64,000 bases of DNA from the human T2T-CHM13v2.0 reference genome, Homo sapiens: assembly GCF_009914755.1 (NCBI RefSeq), contig NC_060936.1; one strand, 5' to 3'. The notes under the pieces were generated by a model, which saw nothing but the letters and a program-made list of their open reading frames with translations, was not told the origin of the DNA and did not search any database. This document shows positions 57,469-64,000 of the stretch, piece by piece (the stretch's first letter is position 1; the number at the start of each line of letters is the position of its first letter). A program made the position numbers and the translations under genes.

Positions 57469-58425
57469 TGTGTATTGGTTTTCTACTACTAGGTAACAAT
57501 TTACACAAACTTACAACACATGTTTATTATCTTGTTTCTGTAGGTCAGAAATTTGGGCATGGTAGAGTTGAATCTCACAAAACTAAAATTAAGGTGTCGG
57601 CACATCAAGGTTCTCATTTGGAGATTGAGGTTCACTTTCAAGTTCATCCTGGCTGCTGGCAGAACTCAGTTCCTTGCAGCTGCAGTATTGAGGGTGTATT
57701 AGTCTATTTTCATGCTGCTGATAAAGACACACCCGAGTCTGGGAAGAAAAAGAGGTTTAATTGGACTTACAGTTCCACATGGCTGGGGAGGCCTCAGAAT
57801 CATGGCGGGAGGTGAAAGGCACTTCTTACATGGTGGCGACAAAAGAAAATAGGGAAGAAGCAAAAGTAGAAACCCCTGATAAACCCATCAGATCTCATGA
57901 GACTTATTCACTATCACGAGAATAGCACAGGCAAGACCAGCCCCCATGGTTCAATGATCTCCCCCTGGGTCCCTCCCACAACACATGGGAATTCTAGGAG
58001 ATACGATTCAAGTTGAGATTTGGGTGGGGACACAGCCAAACCATATCAGAGGGCCCTGTTTTCTTGTTGGCTATTGGTCTCAGCTCCTAGAGGACACCTG
58101 GCTCCTTCCTTAGGCAGTTCACAACAGGGCTCTTCCCTGTTGCTAGGACAGCAAAAGAGGGTTGGCTGCTGCTTCTTGTCTCTCATAAGGGCTCATCTGA
58201 TTAGGTCAGGCCCACCTGGGATAAACTCCCTTTTGAATACTCAGAGTCTACTGATGAGAAACCTTAGTTACACAGCAAAATCCCTTCTACCATATAATGT
58301 ACCACAATCACAGTGTGCTAGTCCATCATATTCACAAGTCCTGCCCACACTCAAGGGGATTACACAGGGCACACACAGTAGAGGGCTGAAATCTTGGGGG
58401 TCAACTTATAATTCTGCCTACCATA
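57469..58425 (-). mobile_element. MLT1 (D/E-like) MaLR LTR, interrupted by THE1B
   Basis: gtttctgtaggtcagaaatttgggcatgg, tggcagaactcagttccttgcagctg and attctgcctaccata; 5-bp TSD ggtat / ggtac. Confidence 0.82.
57695..58048 (-). mobile_element. THE1B solo LTR
   Basis: tgtattagtc...gctgataaagaca...tttaattggacttacagttcc...agccaaaccatatca; perfect 5-bp TSD gaggg. Confidence 0.94.
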
Positions 58426-60282
58426 GGTACTCATGTCAATTTCTTAGTTTTGATCATTATACTATGTTTATGTAAGACGTTAACAACTGTGGAAACAGGA
58501 AAATACTGAATGATTTTTGTCATTTTTCTGTATCTCAAACTGAAAAATTTTAAAACATGGAATACTCATGTGCTGTGAATTAACACAATAATTTGCATAT
58601 CTGTGCCATCTTCTCTTCTGGCTTATGTTGCTATGTTGAATTTGCCAGTTCATGAAATATCAGGTATCATTTCACCTGCTTATAGTAACATCAGGGCTAT
58701 AAAACTTCTCTAAAGTCACACATCAAATCAAATTAGTGAGATAAGCCTTACAGAACACCACAGTGCTACTGCTTTACCTTAAATAAAGGTGAATAGTCCA
58801 GAATTCAAGATAACCCTTACAAAAAGGCTATGTGAAAGGCTACTATACATCTACAGTCAATATTTTTTCAAGTATAAAGTTTCTCACCAGTGCACTGCCT
58901 TTGGTTAGCCCAGTTGCTTTTTAAACGTTTCATCACTATTGTCTTTGGGCCTTTATATCTCATATGGTTTCTGACACTCTACGCCATGACTATCTTTAGT
59001 AAGCAAGCATCACATCAGACACATGTGCACACACAGTCTCTATATAACTTCTGAGTACCAAATCTCTGTTAATTGGAGATACCCTCTGTTATAGGTAATT
59101 TACAAAACTATGTACTATGCTCTCAAAGAATAAGGTGTTAATCCAAGTTATTTTGTGCATTTTGGATGTGTACAATCTCATATAACTGGATTATCCGATT
59201 AAAATTCTATGGTTGGAAAAGTGCTGTATTTTTTTTTTAACAATAAACAGCAGAAACTGAACAGTAGCACTGAAAGCATCTAGTCACTCTGTTAGGAATG
59301 TCTACACCTCCTCAGAGAATATCTATGAATGCATAAGACCTTATTTTCTAACCTTGCTGGCTGCAAGATGTTACCAGAAATGTCAATCAATCAGAAGAAA
59401 TTTAACTAATTCACAAAACTTCTAAAATTTCACTCCAAAGTATTTCATTATCAGAAGTGACAAATCAGGGTAAGCAGCTCAACACAATTATTTCATCACA
59501 GGAATGTCTTTAAATAGTTGTCACATACAGAATATTTGGGACTTTTCAAATCTTTAAAAACTCAATTTATGCAGAGAGAAAGGCATGAGAAAGCCTGGTA
59601 AGGGCCAGAACTGCTGAAACAAAGGGTTTGCCACTGCGGTTTTAACTCAGTAAAGGATGGAATCATGTTGGCATTTAGAAAGCAAAACCCGGTGGCAGGT
59701 AGGCTGGAGGGGAAAGCGATGGGAAGACCAGCCTGCCTACCTAAAAGTGGCTATCTAAGCCAGAAATGAGGAAGCACTGCTGTACAGGGGGACAGGAAGT
59801 GAGACAGAGAACTGGCCGAAGAATGAATGGGGACTCCATTAAGAAGCTGTATACAAGGACTCCGGCCAGTAGACTGGATGTGGAGAAAGAGGGAGGTGCC
59901 ATGTTTCTCACCGGCTGAGACAGAGGGACAGTAGACATTTCCACAGACAGGCCAAGTGAGATGAAGGCAGAAAATACACTGGTAGTACAGGGTAAGAGAA
60001 GTGGTCACAGAGTTGCATAGAGTGTGTCCAATTAACAAAAGTGCAGCTTCCAAAAGTTCATGTATGAAACAAATCTTTCTTAAACATCTACCATGTGTCA
60101 GTTACAGTACTAGACTTTGGAATACAAAGATATCTAAGATGTGGACCTTGCTGCTCCTTAGGAATCTAGCCAGCCTAATGACGGACATGTAAAACACGTT
60201 TTCATGTTCAAGTGACAATTGCCAATGCTTATTGAGCAGTTATTAATGTACCAGGCATGATGCTAGGAGCCTTAATTGCATT

Positions 60283-61500
60283 TGTTTATTCACTTGACAT
60301 ATTTATTAAGCACTATACTAAGTGCTAGGCTGTTTTAGATTCTAAGAATATTATACTGAATCAGACAGCCAAGGACCCTGCTCTCATGGTGCTTATTTTA
60401 TTTGTGGGAAACCAGACAATAAATAAGTAAATAATGAGCGAGGTGATTTCAAATAGTGGTATGCACAGGGAAGACAAGGAGGAAGATACGACTGCATTGG
60501 GGGAAGGGTAGACTTGTACTAAATATAGGTGATGGTCATGGAGGGCCACAAAGAGCACATCTGAACTCAGACCTGTAAGACAAGGAGGTACCCACTGGCA
60601 AAGGCAATGGCAGTGTTCCAGGCTGAGGGGAGAGCAACTGCAAAGGTCTGAAGTGGAGGCAAGTTTGCATGGTTAGAGAACAGAAATGAAGCCAGGGTGA
60701 CTGGAGCTGGGTGGCAATGCTCCTCAAGGTGGTCAAGGACCTAGAAGCCACAGAAGGGCATGCAAGCATGAGCGACATGATCTGACATTTTTCAAGATCA
60801 TTCTGGGAGCTGAATGTGGTATGAATGGATGCAGGAAAAGCAGTTAGGAGTCCAGAAGAGGCTGTAGTGAAGATGGAGAGAAGAGGATGATTATGGCATA
60901 TGTTTCAGAGGTGGAGACAAAAGAACACGCTGATGAGGGGGATGATGATGAGACAAAGAACAGAGCCTGAGTATCCACTTCATCAACTAGGTGGATGGTG
61001 GCACCATTTGCTGAAATTTATAAAATGGAGGGAGAGGCAGGAATTACAGGAAAGGGAACAAAGGCATTGAAAATTCAGAGCTCTGCCCATGAGGAAGAAG
61101 CCAAGGGGAGTCGTCCAGTAGTTGTTTCAGTCAAGGGTCTGGAACTCAGGGCTGGGGACACACATTTGGTCACCATCTACCTATGAATGGTATTTAGAGA
61201 CACTGGAATAAAAAAGACTGGAACCGAGAAACAAGCCCTGGTTGTTCAGACAAAGGAAGAGCCAGCAAAGGAAACTTCAGACACAGCATCCCAGGAAGAC
61301 AGAAGAAAACCAAGAAACTATCGTCAGAGATGCCAACATAAGAAAAGGGTGTTTCAAGGAGGAAGTGGGCCATGGAGCTATAATACTGCTAAATAAATAA
61401 TCTTGCAAGGAACCCCTGTATTTTGTAACACGGAAGTCACTGGTGACATTATAAAAAACAGTTTCAAGGGCAAGTTAGGGAGGAAGTCTGGATAAGGGTC
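60283..61500 (-). mobile_element. L2 (L2a-like) long fragment
   Basis: atatttattaagcactatacta, accctgctctcatggtgctta, caagatcattctgggagctg and ggtggcaccatttgctgaaat. Confidence 0.75.
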
Positions 61501-61934
61501 GGGGAGAGGAGAGAATGGAATATAAGGTAAAACAAGGATATACAAGCAACTTTACAGGCATTTACCCAGATTTTCCCATTTGATCCCCACAATTAAGTCC
61601 ATTTTACAATTGAGAGGATACTTGGCTAAAGTCTTGTGAGTGATGCAAGGTGACGAAGCCAGAATTAGGAACCTCCAGAGAGATTCCAGAGCTCGCATTC
61701 TTTAACACTAATGTGGAACTTCAAAAAGTTGCGTATGACATAAAGGAGGGTTTGTGGTAAACTATGCCCATGGTTGTCAAACTAAACTACCTAGAATCCC
61801 TAGCAATGACTCTTTAGAAACTGTGGCCCAAACTGATTAGAAACCAGGCCCAAGAGTTAGCTGCCTGTCCACCTGCAGTCTTAACCCACTTCCATTCCAC
61901 AGTCAGAATTTCAAAATCAAAATCAAGAGGTTCT

Positions 61935-62950
61935 TGGAAGACCCAATATTGTCATGATATCAGATATTCCCAACTTGATCTACATACTCAATGCAATTCC
62001 AATCAAAATTTCAGCACATTATTTTGTGGATACTGACAAACTGATCCTAAAGTTTAAATGGGAAGGCAAAAGACCCAGAATAATCAATACAATACTGAAG
62101 GAAGAAGAAGAACAAAGAGGGCTGACACTACCTGACTTCAAGACTTATAGCTGGGCACTGTGGTGTGTACTTGCTATAGTCCTAACTACTCACAAGGCTG
62201 AGGCGAGAGATTACTTGAGCCCAGGAGTTCAAGTCCATCTGGGGTAACATAGCAAGATCCTGTCTCTAAAAAAATTTAAAAAATATATATATAAAAATAT
62301 AATGTAAAGTTACATTTATCAAGAACGTCTAGTGTTGGCAAATGAACAAATACCAGTAGACCAACGGAACAGAAGACAGAGCCCAGAAATAGACCCACAT
62401 AAATACAGTCAACTGATCTTTGACAAAGGAGCAAGAGCAATACAATGGAGCACAGATAATCTTTTCAACAAACCGTGCTGGAACAACTAGAAATCCACAT
62501 GCAAAAAAATGACTCTAGACACAGATTTTACACATTTCACAAAAATTAATTTGAAATGAATCGCAAACCTAAATTTAAAACACAAAACTATAAAACTTCT
62601 AGAAAATAACGTAGTAGAAAATCTACGTGGCCTTGAGTTTGGCAATGAGTTTTAAAATACAATGTCAAAGGTACGATCTCTGAAAGAAATAATTGATAAG
62701 CTAGACTTTATTAAAATTAAGATTTCTGCTCTGCAATAGACACTGTCAAGAAAATGGAGAGACAAACCACAGACTGGCAGAAAATATTTGCCAAAGACAT
62801 ATCTGGTAAAGGATTATTATTGAAAACATACTAAGAACTCTTAAAACTCAACAATAAAAAAACAGCCTGATTAGAAAATGGGCCAAAGACTTTATCAGGC
62901 ATCTCACCAAAGATAAACAGAAGGCAAATAAACATATTAAAAAGTGTTCC
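61935..62950 (+). mobile_element. L1M ORF2 fragment, interrupted by a FLAM
   Basis: Peptide NLIYILNAIPIKI...DKLILKFKWEGKRPRI...GLTLPDFKTY is L1 ORF2-like; also gcccagaaatagacccacataaatacagtcaactgatctttgacaaaggagc. Confidence 0.9.
62149..62283 (+). mobile_element. FLAM (free left Alu monomer)
   Basis: About 130-bp monomer ending cttgagcccaggagttcaag...aacatagcaagatcctgtctctaaaaaaa. Confidence 0.8.
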
Positions 62951-63196
62951 AGGTTGGACATGCCGGTGGCTCATGCCTGTAATCCCAGCACTTTAGGAGG
63001 CTGAAGTAGAAGGATCGCTTGATCCCAGGTATTTGAGACCAGCCTGGGCAACATTGGTGCAACCCCATCTTACAAACAAAAAAATAAGCCAGGTGTGGTT
63101 GTGCACACCTGTAGTCTCAACTACTCAGGAGGCCGAAGTGGGAGGAACGCTTGAGCCTGGAAGGTCAAGACTGCAGTGAACAATGATCGTGCCAAT
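62951..63196 (+). mobile_element. 3'-truncated AluJ
   Basis: ggtcaagactgcagtgaacaatgatcgtgcca, then it breaks off into L1M 3' sequence. Confidence 0.85.
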
Positions 63197-63481
63197 TTTG
63201 TGTGTGGGTTGAGTGAATATGGGAAATCTCTGTGCTTTCTGCTCAATTTTGTTGTGAACCTAAATCTGTTCTAAAAAATAAAGTCTATTTGAAAAATAAA
63301 AGGGTTCCTGAACATTTACCATCTGTAGACATTGTTATGAAAGAATTGAGGGTAAGTTTTAGCAGCCCCGAAAGGTAAACAGCTATTAGCAACTGAAAAA
63401 CATCACGTTATTTTGAAATCTTTCAATAAGTGATTAATGGAGTCAACACTTATTGATTGGGAATATATATAATATCATTTC

Positions 63482-63490
63482 GTGTGTGTG

Positions 63491-63543
<53 letters not shown>

Positions 63544-63544
63544 G
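63482..63544. repeat. (GT)n-(CA)19-(TA)n microsatellite
   Basis: Directly visible; the uninterrupted CA run is 63495-63532. Confidence 0.95.
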
Positions 63545-63603
63545 AATGAAACAGCAAGAAAACATGTCTAACACTTAACTCCTTTAAGACTTGACTGTTT
63601 GAA

Positions 63604-63919
<316 letters not shown>

Positions 63920-64000
63920 CTAGAGCATATTTTTCCTTAAAAGTGATGTAAGTTCTTCATAATCTTGTTACACACTCTCTCTGGGAAAATGCATTCCATA

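Larger units (their letters stand above)
57365..58555 (+). mobile_element. Old L1MC/ME 3' end, split by MLT1 and THE1B
   Basis: ggatcctggaacagaa...ttagttaatagt | atgtcaatttcttagttttgatcattatactatgtttatgtaagacgttaaca. Confidence 0.65.

Noticed and set aside
61954-62247. 97-aa L1 ORF2-like ORF
   Set aside because: Old L1M fragment interrupted by a FLAM and by stop codons.

Overview
Primate (almost certainly human) genomic DNA: AT-rich, CpG-depleted, with no CpG island. It lies inside a large minus-strand gene, PPM1H, the PP2C-family phosphatase that dephosphorylates LRRK2-phosphorylated Rab GTPases. The only coding sequence is one 166-bp exon (5051->4886, exon 2 from recall; VINAGKSTHNEDQASCEVLTVKKKAGAVTSTPNRNSSKRRSSLPNGEGLQLKENS) with canonical AG/GT borders. 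Bases 1-4885 are the downstream intron and 5052-64000 are part of the large upstream intron. The intron holds a full-length processed U1 snRNA pseudogene, about 18 Alus (one near-perfect young AluY), L1, L2 and L3 fragments, MIRs, MaLR/ERVL solo LTRs, hAT DNA-transposon fossils and microsatellites. All other ORFs in the track are repeat-derived or chance. I found no evidence for a new multi-gene system. The best leads are small and mostly hypothetical: a sense-oriented U1 copy whose A3U change matches the host exon's donor, a tailless Alu with target-site microhomology, a perfect 24-bp ETS palindrome, an RFX X-box, sense LTRs with promoter/donor/poly(A) signals and a probably recent AluY insertion. 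Repeat subfamily names come from recalled consensus sequences, and the boundaries of old repeats are approximate.
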